Assembly (NCBI RefSeq): GCF_963921235.1
Contig: NC_086097.1
Span: 252,838,001 to 252,902,000 of the forward strand
From: Mobula hypostoma
Lineage: Eukaryota
Length of the DNA: 64,000 nt
Direction: 5' to 3'
Under the pieces are notes generated by a model. It was not told the origin of the DNA, did not search any database, and saw nothing but the letters and a program-made list of their open reading frames with translations. Shown piece after piece: positions 11,536 to 23,399 of the stretch. Positions within the stretch are counted from its first letter, which is position 1; each line of letters starts with the position of its first letter. Made by a program: the position numbers and the translations under genes.

Positions 11536-11804
11536 TAATTAAATGTTATTCTACACCCAAAAAAAAGGTGAGATTGTAGAATTGCCCACTTACTCTGTCA
11601 GGGAGTTTCAGGCCAGTGAGACTGTAGAATTACCCACTTACCCTGCCAGTGAGACTGTGTATAAGCTGAAACGTTTGTACAGTGTGACACTTTTCAGAGT
11701 CAATTGTCACCTTGCTAAATTCAAGGGTTCATCTAACTATTCAGTATAGATGCAGAGTCATGGCCCACTTAATGATGTGAATCTGGGGCCTTGTACATCT
11801 TAAT

Positions 11805-12080
11805 GTGGTATCGTGGCAGCTAGTGTGACACTAGTACAGCTTGGGGTGTCGGAGTTCAACTTTGGTGCCGTTTGTAAGGAAATTGCACCTTCCTCCCTGT
11901 GAACATGTTTCCTTTGGGTGCTCCAATTTCCTCCCACAGTCTAAAGACGCACCGGTTAGTAGGGTAATCTTGTTGGTTGTAACTTGCCCTGTGATTAGGT
12001 TTGGGTTAAACTAGCGGGTTGCTGGGCGGCACAGCCCGATGGGCCGAAGGGCCTGTTTGCACTGTATCTCTAAATAAACA
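11805..12080 (+). mobile_element. tRNA-derived V-SINE-like element
   Basis: gagttcaac box, gggtgctccaatttcctcccacagtctaaagac core, CR1-like tail gggccgaagggcctgt. Confidence 0.7.
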
Positions 12081-12269
12081 AATGACCCATCCCACTGGCA
12101 AAACCATCGATGCTGAGTGGGGCAGCCTTGTTATTCTTTAGGAGTCCTTTCCAACTGAAAACTCTACAATTCAAGGAAAGCCAAGCAAAATGGAAACTCA
12201 GAGGACAGTGTGACCAATAAGGCAAGGTGGGAGTGGGGGACCCTTCAGCCAGGATGTCGTGCCAACCTT

Positions 12270-12930
12270 TTAACCTATTCTGAGATGAGTCTTACTCTTC
12301 CCTCCCACTTAGTCTCCATTTTTCTTTCATCCATGTGCTGATCAAGAAGTTTCCTGAAATACCAGAGAGAAAGAGAACACCACAGCACAGAATCAGGGTC
12401 ATCAGTCCATCTCGTTTGTGCCAAATGATTATTCTGCCTCATCCCATTGACCCGCACCTGGCCCATAATCCTCCATATCCCTCCCATCCAAGATCCAAAC
12501 TGCTCTTAAATGTTGCAATCAACCCCACATCCATCACTTCCGCTGGTAGCTTTTTCCACTCTCTGAGTGAAGAAGTTCCCCCTCATGTTTCCCTTAAACA
12601 TTTCACCTTTCACCCTTAACCCATGACCTCTAGTTGTAGTCCCACACAACCTCAGTGGAAAATGCCTGCTTGTATTTACCCTATTTATACCCATCATAAT
12701 TTTGTATACCTCTATCAAATCTCCCCTCATTCTAACTGCGTTCCAGGGGAAAAAGCCCTAACCTATTCAACCTTTCTCTATGACTCAGGTCTTCAAGTCC
12801 GGACAACTTTCTTATAAATTTTCTCTGCACTCTTTCCATCTTTTTGTAGGTAAGTGACCAGAACTGCACACAATACTCCAAACTAGGCCTCACAAACTTA
12901 ATATAACGTACCATCTCCTGTACTCAATAA
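12270..12930 (-). mobile_element. CR1 3' fragments
   Basis: RPSLEYCVQFWS, MRGDLIEVYKIM, TRGHGLRVKG. Confidence 0.8.
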
Positions 12931-13792
12931 CAAGACAGAATCTGCAGACACACACAAAATGCTGGAGAAACCCAACAGGCCAGGGCGCATCTATGGAAAA
13001 GAGTAAACAGTCGATGGTTTAGGCTGAGACCCTTCAGCTGGACTGATTATACTTTGATTATTGACGGCCAATGTACCAAGAACTCTATTTGTGGCCCTAT
13101 ATACCTGTCTTATGTAAAATGATTTCAACTGAGGAAACAGCATATAACCTTCCCGAAAGACACAATGAGGTAAAGCGTTTGCTCTCAGGGGATTGCGAGT
13201 CTTCAGCAGAGGGTGCATCTTTGGACATTGTTGAGGCAGATGTAAGTAGATATTCAATAAGCAACGGAGTGGAAGGTTAGCACGGGCAGAGGTTATGAAC
13301 ACATTAACTGGTGCTGTATGCTTGATAAATAGCAATCTGCTCTGCCTCTGTCTCTAAACTCGTATGTCACGTATTATTGTCACACGTACCAAGGGACAGT
13401 GGAAAACCTATGGAGTCATAGAGCACTACAGCACAGAAGCAGGCCCTTCAGCCCATCTAGTCTCTGCCTAGTCCCATTAACCTGCACCGGGATCATAGCC
13501 CTCCAAACCCCTCCCATCTATTCAAACTTCTCTTAAATGTTGAAATTGTACCCCCATCCACCACATCTGCTAGAAGCTCGTTGCACACTCTCACTTCTCT
13601 CTCACAGAAGAGGTTTCTTGCATACCATCCACATGGATCATTTCATTACACAGTGCATTGAGGTCGGACAAAGGAAGACAATGATTGAATGCAGGATAAA
13701 GTGTAATAGCTGCACAGAAAGTGCAGCGCAGGCAGACAACGAGGTGCGAGGTAGACTGTGAGGTCAGGAGTCTATTTTATTACACAAGGGAA

Positions 13793-14035
13793 CTGTCCAG
13801 CTCTTGGCTCCATCCCTCCCCCTCCTGTCTTCTCCTATCATTTTGGATCTCCCCCTCCCCGTCCCACTTTCAAATCTCTTACTAGCTCTTCTTTCAGTTA
13901 GTCCTGACGAAGGGTCTCGGCCCGAAACGTCGACTGTACCTCTTCCTAGAGGTGCTGCCTGGCCTGCTGCGTTCACCAGCAACTTTGATGTGTGTTGCTT
14001 GAATTTCCAGCATCTGCAGAATTCCTAGTGTTTGC
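13793..14035 (+). mobile_element. Penelope solo pLTR/3' fragment with intact hammerhead motif (13899-13936)
   Basis: Highly similar to 5810-6015; tagtcCTGACGAagggtctcggcccGAAAcgtcgactg. Confidence 0.85.
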
Positions 14036-14134
14036 GTATTCAATAGGCTTAACAGCTTTTAATATTATTACTTTTTTACTTTCACATTTGCCTACTTTTA
14101 CACATTGGATGTTTGTCAGTCCATGTTTACTTCA

Positions 14135-17100
14135 GGGCCTGACAAGATGAACCTTCAGACCTTGTGGGAGGCTAGTGCAAAAATTGCAGAGACATTTCAA
14201 ACATTGTTAGCCACAGATGAGGTGCTGGAGGATTGGAAGACGACAAATCTTGTTCGGTTGTAGAAGAAAAGCTGGAAGAATAAGCTGGGAAATGATAGGC
14301 CAGTGAGCCTGACTTCAGTAAGTTATTGGAAGGTATTCAAAGGGACCAGCTATGTACATAGACATGGACCGTTTAAGGAGAGTCAGCATGGCCTCATGTG
14401 GGGAAGGTCATGTCTAACCAGTCTTACAGAGTTTTCTGAAGGAGTGAGCTGATGTAATTTAATGAAGACAAGTGTGAGGTATTACTCTTTGGAGGGACCA
14501 GTCAGGGTAGGACTTACGCAGTGAGTAGCAGGGCACTGATGTGGTAGAATAGGGAGATTTGGGAATATAGATCCATAATTCACTGCAAGTAGCATTGCAG
14601 GTACGTAGATGGGGTCTTTTGGCACATTGGCCAAATTACTGAGTACAGGAGATGGGATGTTTTGAAGTTGTACAAGATGACAGTGAGGCCTAATTTGGAA
14701 TATTGTTTGCAGTTCTGGTCACCTGCCTACAGGAAGCATAGAAACATAGAAATATAGAAAACCTACAGCACAATACAAGCCCTTTGGCCCACAATGCTGT
14801 GCTGAACATGTACTTACTTTAGAAATTAACTCGGATTATCCATAGTCCTCTATTTTTCTGAGCTCCACGTACCTATCCAGGAGTTTCTTAAAAGACCCTA
14901 TCGTATCGGCTTCCACCACCGTCACCGGCAGCCCATTCCACGCACTCACCACCCTCTGCGTAAAACACTTACCCCTGACATCTCCTCTGTACCTGCTTCC
15001 AAGCACCTTAAAACTGTGCCCTCTCATGTTAGCCATTTCAGCTCTGGGAAAAAGCCTCTGACTATCCACACGATCAATGCTTCTCATCATCTGGTCACCT
15101 CTCCTCCTCTGTCATTCTAAGTAGAAAAGGTTGAGTTCACTCAACCAATTCTCACAGGGCATGCTCCCCAATCCAGGCAACATCCTTGTGGATCTTATCT
15201 GCACACATTCTATAGTTTCCACATCCTTCCTGTATTGAGGTGACCAGAACTGAGCACAGTACTCCAAGTGGGGTCTGACCAGGGTCCTATATAGCTGCAA
15301 CATTACCTCTCGGCTCTCAAACTTAATCCCACGATTGATGAAGGCCAATGCACCGTATGCCTTCTTAACCACAGAGTCAACCTGTGCAGCAGCTTTGAGT
15401 GTCCTATAGTCCACATAGACCCCAAGATCCCTCTGACCCTCCACACTGCCAAGAGTCTTACCATTAATACTATATTCTGCCATCATATTTGGCCTACCAA
15501 AATGAATCACCTCACACTTATCTGGGTTGAACTCCATCTGCCACTTCTCAGCCCAGTTTTGCATCCTATCAATGTCCCACTGTAACTTCTGACAACCCTC
15601 CACACTATCCACAACACCCCCAACCTTTGTGTCATCAGCAAATTTACTAACCCATCCCTCAAATTCCTCATCCAGGTCATTTATAAAAATCACAAAGAGT
15701 AGGGGTCCCAGAACAGATCCCTGAGGTACACCACTGGTCACCGACTTCCATGCAGAATATGACCTGTCCACAACCACTTTTTGCCTTCTGTGGGAAGCCA
15801 GTTCTGGATCCACAAAGCAATGTCCCCTTGGGTCGCATGCCTCCTTACTTTCTCAATAAGCCTTGCATGGGGTCCCTTATCAAATGCCTTGCTGAAATCC
15901 ATGTACACTACATCTACTGCTGTTCCTTCATCAATGTGTTTAGTCACATGCTCAAAAAATTTAATCAAGCTCGTAAGGCACGACCTGCTTTTGACAAAGC
16001 CATGCTGACTATTCCTAATCATATTATACCTCTCCAAATGTTCATAAATCCTGCTTCTCAGGATCTGCTCCATCAACTTACCAACAACTGAAGTAAGACT
16101 CACTGGTCTATAATTTCCTGGCCTATTTCTACTCCCTTTCTTGAAGAAGGGAACAACATCTGCAACCCTCCAATCCTCAGGAAGCTCTCCCATCCCCATT
16201 GATGATGCAAAGATCATCGCCAGAGGCTCAGCAATCTTCTCCCTCACCTCCCACAGTAACCTAGGGTATATCTCATCCGGTTCCAGTAACTTATCCAATT
16301 TGATGCTTTCCAAAAGCTCCAGCACATCCTCTTTCTTAATGTCTATATGCTCAAGCTGTTCAGTCCACTGTAAGTCATCCATACAATCACCAAGATCCTT
16401 TTCCATAGTGAGTACTGAAGCAAAGTATTCATTAAGTACCTCTGCTATCTCCTCTGGTTACATACACACTTTTCCACTGTCACACTTGATTGGTCCTATT
16501 CTCTCACATCTTATCCTCTTGCTCTTCACATACTTGTAGAATGCCTTGGGGTTTTACTTAATCCTCTCCACCAAGGCCTTCTCATGGCCCCTTCTGGCTC
16601 TCCTAATTTCATTCTTAAGCTCCTTCCTGCTAGCCTTATAATTTTCTAGATCTCCATCATTACCTAGTTTTTTGAAGCTTTCCTAAGCTCTTCTTTTCTT
16701 CTTGATTAGATTTACAACAGCCTTTGTACACCACGGTTCCTGTACCCTACCATCCTTTCCATGCTTCCAAGTTCCTACCTAGTAGCTTCATATTTCCCCT
16801 TACTCCAATTAAACGCTTTCCTAACTTGTCTGTTCCTATCCCTCTCCAATGCTGTGGTAAAGGAGACAGAGTTGTGATCACGATCTCCAAAATGTTCTCC
16901 CACTGAGAGACCTTACCAGGTTCATTTTCCAATACCGGATCAAGTACAGCCTCTCCTCTTGTAGGCTTATCTACATATTGTGTCAGGAAACCTTCCTGAA
17001 CACACCTAACAAACTCCACCCCATCTAATCTCCTTGCTCTATGGAGATGCCAATCAATATTGGGGAAATTAAAATCTCCCATCACAACAACCCTGTTATT

Positions 17101-19300
17101 ATTGCACCATTCCAGAATCTGTCTCTCTATCTGCTCCTCGATGTCCCTGTTACTATTGGGTGGTCTATAAAAAACACCCAGTAGAGTTATTGACCCCTTC
17201 CTGTTCCTAATTTCTACCCTTAGAGAGTCAGTAGACAATCCCTCCATGATTTCCTCCTTTTCTTCAGCCATGACACTATCTCTGATCAACAGTGCCACAC
17301 CCCACCTCTTTTGCCTCCCTTCCTGTCCTTTCTGAAACATCTAAAGTCTGGCACTCAAAGTGACCATTCCTGTCCATGCACCATCTAAGTCTCTGTAATG
17401 GCCACAACACCATAGCTCCAAATACTGATCCACACTCTAAGCTCATCCACTTTGTTCATGATGCTTCTTGCATTAAAATAGACACATCTCAAACCATCAG
17501 TCTGAGCGTATCCCTTCTCTATCACCTGCCTATCCTCCCTCTCACACTGTCTCCAAGCTTTCTCTATATGTGAGCCAACCACCCCTTCCTCCATCTCTTC
17601 AGTTCGGTTCCCACCCCTCAGCAATTCTAGTTGAAAGTCTCCCCGATAGCCTTAACAAACCTTCCCGCCAGGATATTGGTCCCCCTGGGATTCAAGTGCA
17701 ACCTGTCCTTTTTGTACAGGTCACTCCTGCCCCAAAACAGGTCTCAATGATTCAGAGACCGGGATCCCTGCCCCTTGCTCCAATCCTTCAGCCACGCATT
17801 TATCCTCCACCTCATTCTATTCCTATACTCACTGTCACGTGGCACAGGCAGTAATCCCGAGATTACTAACTTTGTGGTCCTGCTTCTCAACTTCCTTCCT
17901 AACTTCCTGTAGACTGTTTTCAGGACTTTTCCTACTTATGTCATTGGTACCAATATGTACCACGACCTCTGGCTTTTCGCCTTTCTACTTCAGGATATCG
18001 TGGACACAATCGGAAACATCCCGGACCTTGGCACCTGGGAGGCAAACAACCATCTGTGTTTCTTTCCTGCATCCACAGAATCACCTGTCTGACCCCCTAA
18101 CTATAGAGTCCCCTATCACTGCTGCCTTCTTCCTTTCCCTACCCTTCTGAGCCACAGGGCCAGACTCTGTGCCAGAGGCACGACCACTGTTGCTTCCCCC
18201 AGGTAGGTCATCCCCCGGTAATAGTACTCAAACAGGAATACTTATTGTCAGGGGGTACAGCCACAGGGGTACTCTTTAGACTCTGACTCCTGCCCTTCTC
18301 TCTCCTGACTGTTACCCACTTATCTGTCTCCCCAGGCCCCGGTGTGACTACCTGCCTATAGCTCCTATCTATCACCTCCTCACTTTCCCTGACCAGACGA
18401 AGGTCATCTTCAGTTCCCCAACCCGGTCCCTAAGGAGCTGCAGCTTGACGCACCTGGCACAGATGTGGCCGTCTGGGAGGCTGGGAGTCTCACGAACTTT
18501 CCACATCTGATACCTAGTACAGAACAACAGCCTCACAGACATACTTCCTGTTTCTATTCCTCACAGGTAACCTACCTCGCCTTGACCCGTTTTCACCGAA
18601 GCCCTGTTGAGCCAAAGCCCTCCTACTCTGACTCCCTCTACTTGTTTGCCCGCTGTATAAAGTTGTCTTCTTTTTAAACTCGTCCCGCCGGTCTAACTCA
18701 CTGACATCCACGCACCTGCGCAGTCGTGCCTCGATCAAACCGCCGAAGAGAAAATAATTTCCCTTTAAGTTCTTCCTGCCAGTCTAACTCAGTGACGTTG
18801 TCGTGCCTCGATCATGAAGATTGAAAGAATACAGAGAAAATTTACAAGAATGTTGCTGGGATTTGAGGATCTGAGGTTTAGGGAAAAGTTGAATAGGTTG
18901 TGACTTGACTCCCTGGAGTGTAGGGGAATGAAGCGAAATTTGATAGAGATGCACAAAATTACGAGGCGTACAGATAGGATGAATGGAAGAAGGCTTTTTC
19001 CACTGAAGTTTGGGGGAAACTACAACCCGAGGTCATGGATTAAGGGTGAAAGGTGAAATATTTAAGGAGAACCTGAGGGGGAGCCTCTTCAGAGGGTAGT
19101 GCGAGTGTGGAAAGAGCCACCAGGGCAAGTGTGGATGAGGGTTCCATTTCAATAGTTAAGAGATATTTGGAGGTACATGGACGGGAGGCGTATGGAGGGC
19201 TATGCTGGGGTGCAGGTTGATGGGACTAGGCAGATTAATGTTTCAGCATGGACTAGATGGGCCAAAGGGCCTGTTTCAGTTCTGTGGTGCTCTATAACTC
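14135..19300 (+). mobile_element. Old CR1 copy split by the 14738-18810 element
   Basis: The RT C-terminus runs ...ttctggtcacctgcctacaggaag at 14737 and resumes attgaaagaatacagagaaaatttacaaga at ~18820; 3' tail near 19290. Confidence 0.75.
14738..18810 (-). mobile_element. Near full-length CR1 LINE (5' UTR, ORF1 zinc finger/esterase, ORF2 APE-RT), frameshifted
   Basis: RT 15112-16406 (YRPVSLTS, DFSKAFD, GVPQGSVLGP, FADD), APE 16747-17624, esterase ~17620-18150, (ctatgttt)-type tail at 14738-14760. Confidence 0.92.
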
Positions 19301-19629
19301 CATGTCATTTTAACACTCGGTATTTGTTAGGTTTGGCTGCAGCACAGGGGAATTAAGGGATATAAAAATCGAGCAGGTAGAAGGCATGAGAAAATCTGCT
19401 CCAAATGATTGATGACAGCAGCGTGGCCTGTTAATCCAAAGAGCATTCCAAAGATGTTATAACATTTGTGCAAGTCGATGTACAATAATCTTAATAATGT
19501 GTTATGGAATTTAATGAAATAATGTGCTTGATCTTATCCAATATCACTGCTTTCCCAAATGCACCATTTGTGGACTATTAATAAGCGATTGTTCCAAGTT
19601 GGACACCCTGTACACATTTCACTTGCAAA

Positions 19630-20235
19630 GCACAGAACGTGGAACATTACAGCACAGTGCAGCCCTTTGGCCCACAGTGTTGTGCTGGCCTTTTAATCTA
19701 CTCTAGTGTTTACACAGCCTGAAACCACGTGGCACTCTACTAAAACGTTACATAGCTGTATGGCAACAAAAGCTATGTGTGTGGCAGCATTTCAGTTACT
19801 GTGCAGTAGTGTACCCGTGAAGCTTAGAGGGAACGGTGACTCACTGCATAAAGAACTTACCTCTGACATCCCCACCCCCCATACTTTCCTCCAGTCACCT
19901 TAAAATTATGCCCCCTCATATTAGCCATTTACACACTAGGAAAAAGTCTATCCACTCAATCTATGCCTCTTACCATCTTGTCCACCCCTGTCAAGTCACC
20001 TCTCATCCTCCTTTGGTCCAAGGAGAAAAGCCCTAGCTCACTCAACCTATCCACTTAAGACATGCTCTCTTATCCAGGCAGCATCCTAGTAAATCTCCTC
20101 TGCATCCCCTCTAAAGACCACACGTCCTTCCAATAATGAGGCAATCAGAAGTGAACACAATATTCCAAGTGTGGTCTGAGCAAGTTCTTATACAGCTGCA
20201 ACATTACCTCACATTCTTGAACTCAATCCCCCAAC
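19630..20235 (-). mobile_element. CR1 3' fragment, decayed and interrupted
   Basis: Similar to 14760-15320. Confidence 0.7.
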
Positions 20236-20329
20236 TAAAGTTCCTCCAGTATTTTGTGGGTGTTGGTCTGAATTTCCAGCATCTGCAGAATCTTGTGTGT
20301 TTTTAGCAGAATGTGCAAACAGACGGCAG

Positions 20330-20910
20330 CTGAGCTTAGTGTTCTGGGTTCCATAACAGGCCACTCCAGAGTTTGAGATCTAGTGTTCAGGTCTTGTAAT
20401 CGGCGAATTCAGAGATCCAGGCCTAGTTTTCAGGATCCCGCAATTGGTGAGCCCAAAGTTCAAGGCCTATTGCATAGCATTCTGTAATCGATGAGTCCAG
20501 AGATCGAGGCTAGTTTTCAGGGTCCTGAAATAAGTGAGTCCAGAGATCGAGGCCTATTGTACAGTGTCTTGTAATCGGAGAGTCCAGAGATTGAGGCCTA
20601 TTGTACAGTGTCCTGTAATCAGAGAGTCCAGAGATGGAGGCCTAGTGTTCATGTCCTATAATTGGTGGGCCAAAAGTTGGAGGCTTAGTTTTCAGGGTCC
20701 GTAATTGGTGAGACCAGTGTTTGAGGCCGACTGTCCAGCATCCTGCAATCAGCAGGTCCAGAGTTCAAGACCTAGTGTTCGAGGTCCCGGAATCGATGAG
20801 TCGAGAGATCGATTGTTCAGGATCCTGTAATTGGCAAGTCAAGAATTCAAGTCCCTAGAATTCAGGGTCCATCATCTGTGAGTCTGGAGTTCGAAGCCTA
20901 GAGTTTAGAG
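20330..20910. repeat. ~42-bp degenerate tandem repeat (gagtccagagatcgaggcctagtgttcagggtcctgtaatcg-like), about 13 units
   Basis: Recurring gagtccagag / ggcctag / gtaatc blocks. Confidence 0.8.
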
Positions 20911-21529
20911 TACTAATCTAAGGTCCTCTTTTATCATCTTCAGCGAGTCTGGGGGTTGATAATGAAGATGGAAGCCCACTGCTTGATAGAAAGTGCAGAA
21001 GTCTGTGAAAGCCTGGGTCTGTCAGTCTCTGTAAGTCCACTGGGGAAGTGTATGTGAATTGCCTATGAGTGTGGGTGGTGGGAGGAGGGAGAAGTGGAGC
21101 AATGTTACATTAGTGGTGGAACATGTGATAACTCCTGTGGGCTGCCCCAGCACATCCTCGTGTGTGTTGGTTGGTGACACAAATAACACTTTTCATTGTA
21201 TATTTTGATGTACACGTGATAAATAAATCTAAATCTGACTCAGAATGTGATTGACAGGAGGATGCAGATTCTTTGGGAGCGGATTTGTGAGAGGGTATTA
21301 TTGGAGATTCTGTTTTGGCAGGGAGTTGGTGAGTGGGGAGAGAGGTGCGGAAGAGGAGCTTGAAGAAAATTGGGAAGAATATTTCTGTACCAAAGGGTGG
21401 CGGAATCACAGGGCATTGGGGGACATGGAGATGAGGGACTGTAGCCTGTTGTGGAGGTAATGTTAGTGTGGGGGAAGAGAGCCCAAGAATTTATACAGTG
21501 ACTTTCCACTTTCCCCGAGCAGCAAGGCT

Positions 21530-22190
21530 GATAAACACCTCCAAACACTAACCCACTCCGCCATACCCCCACCCTCCACTCCGCACACCTCCACACACTA
21601 ACCCACCCTCCACACCTCCACCCTCCACTCCACACCCCTCCATACACTAACCCACACCTCCATACCCCCACCCTCCACTCCACACACCTCCACACGCTAA
21701 CCCACCCTCCACACCCCCACCCTCCACTCCACACACTAACCCACCCCTCCACACCTCCACCCTCCACTCCACACCCCTCCACACACTAACCCACCCCTCC
21801 ACACCTCCACTCCACACACTAACCCACCCCTCCACACCCCCACCCTCCACTCCACACACCTCCACCCACTAACCCACCCCTCCACACCCCCACCCTCCAC
21901 TCCACACACTAACCCACCCCTCCACACCCCCACCCTCCACTCCACACACTAACCTACCCCTCCACACCCCCACCCTCCACTCCACACACCTCCACCCACT
22001 AACCCACCCGTCCACACCCCCACCCTCCACTCCACACTAACCCACCCCTCCACACCCCCACCCTCCACTCCACACACTAACCCACCCCTCCACACCCCCA
22101 CCCTCCACTCCAATCACTAACCCACCCCTCCACACCCCCACCCTCCACTCCACACACTAACCCACCCCTCCACACCCCCACCCTCCACTA
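21530..22190. repeat. C/A-rich minisatellite (cacactaacccacccctccacacccccaccctccactc; ~37-49-bp units)
   Basis: Visible tandem units; almost no G on the + strand. Confidence 0.92.
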
Positions 22191-22804
22191 CTTTATCATT
22201 TCCTGTCAGAGCCACCTTATGTACAGACACTCCTGTGCCTTCAGTCACTTTATGGACGTACAATCAGTCTGTGTATATAAGCTATCGTATGTATTTATAT
22301 TTATTGTGTTTGTATTATTAATGTGTTTTTTTGTGCTGCATCTGATTCAGAGTAGCAATTCAACGATTTTAACCACTGACGTGAAGCAATTTTGAATGTT
22401 GAATCTTTATTGCAGCATTATGGTATAAACCAGAAACCGTCAGCTCTTCAGTTATTTACCTCAGCACCACATGAATAATGTCATCAGGCACTCCAGATGC
22501 GTTTCCCAAGACTTCACTGATATTGTTGGCAGGCAGACCAACAGTAGTGAATAATATTTCTTATTTATGAGTCATTTATGACTCAATTTAAAAATTGAGA
22601 AAACAGAACATCTGAACCAACTCTTGACAATTCAGGAAGATCTTTGGTTAGAAGGCTTTCAGTATTTCAGAATCACAATCACCGGCATATGTCGTGAAAT
22701 TTGTTAACTTAGCAGCAGCAATACCATGCAATACGTGATAATATCGAAAGAGAAGGGGTGTTCCATGTGCCCACCACTCTCTGTTTAAAGAACTTACCTC
22801 TGAC

Positions 22805-22935
22805 ATCTGGTCCTGATGAAGTGTCTCAGTCCAAAACATCGACTGTTTATTCCCCTCCATAGATACTGCCTGACCTGCTGAGTTCCTCCGGCATTTTGTG
22901 TGTCGCTCTGGATTTCCAGCGTCTGCACAATCTCT
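22805..22935 (+). mobile_element. Penelope pLTR remnant with degenerate hammerhead
   Basis: gtcctgatgaagtgtctcagtccaaaacatcgact...ggatttccagc. Confidence 0.65.
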
Positions 22936-23399
22936 TCTGAATATTTTTAGTATTTGCTCTGTAATCTTGATCGTAAATTTTATGTTTAATTTCATTTTTA
23001 CAGGACCTTGCAACACTTTTCACTCACAACGGTTTGGTCTCTGAGCTTCTTAAGATGTTTTTTTGTGGATTATGAGTCCTGAGAGCCAAAAGAAAATTAT
23101 TTCAGATAAACGAACAGTATTTTAGACTTGATGGAGGTGTACCTGAGTGAATCCAAGTCAGAATCAGGTTTATTACCACTGACATACATACACAGTGACA
23201 TCGTTTGTTTGTGGCAGCAGTATAGTGCAGTACATAAAAAATAGTAAAAATTACAGTATGAATATATAAGAAAAATTAAATAACACACAAAGAGACCAAA
23301 ATAGTGATGTAATATTCATAGGTTCATGGACTGTTTAGAAATCTGATATTGGAGGGGAAGAAACTGTTCCTAAAACATTCAGTCTTCAGGCTCGTGTAC

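Noticed and set aside
11567..11660. Short direct repeat gtgagactgtagaattacccacttac (about 2.3 copies)
   Set aside because: A small local duplication with no further structure.
21240..21945. Trp/Gly/Val-rich ORFs
   Set aside because: Translations of the C-rich minisatellite.
21530..22190. Interstitial telomere repeat
   Set aside because: Only isolated ctaacc words inside a longer unit; no (TTAGGG)n run.
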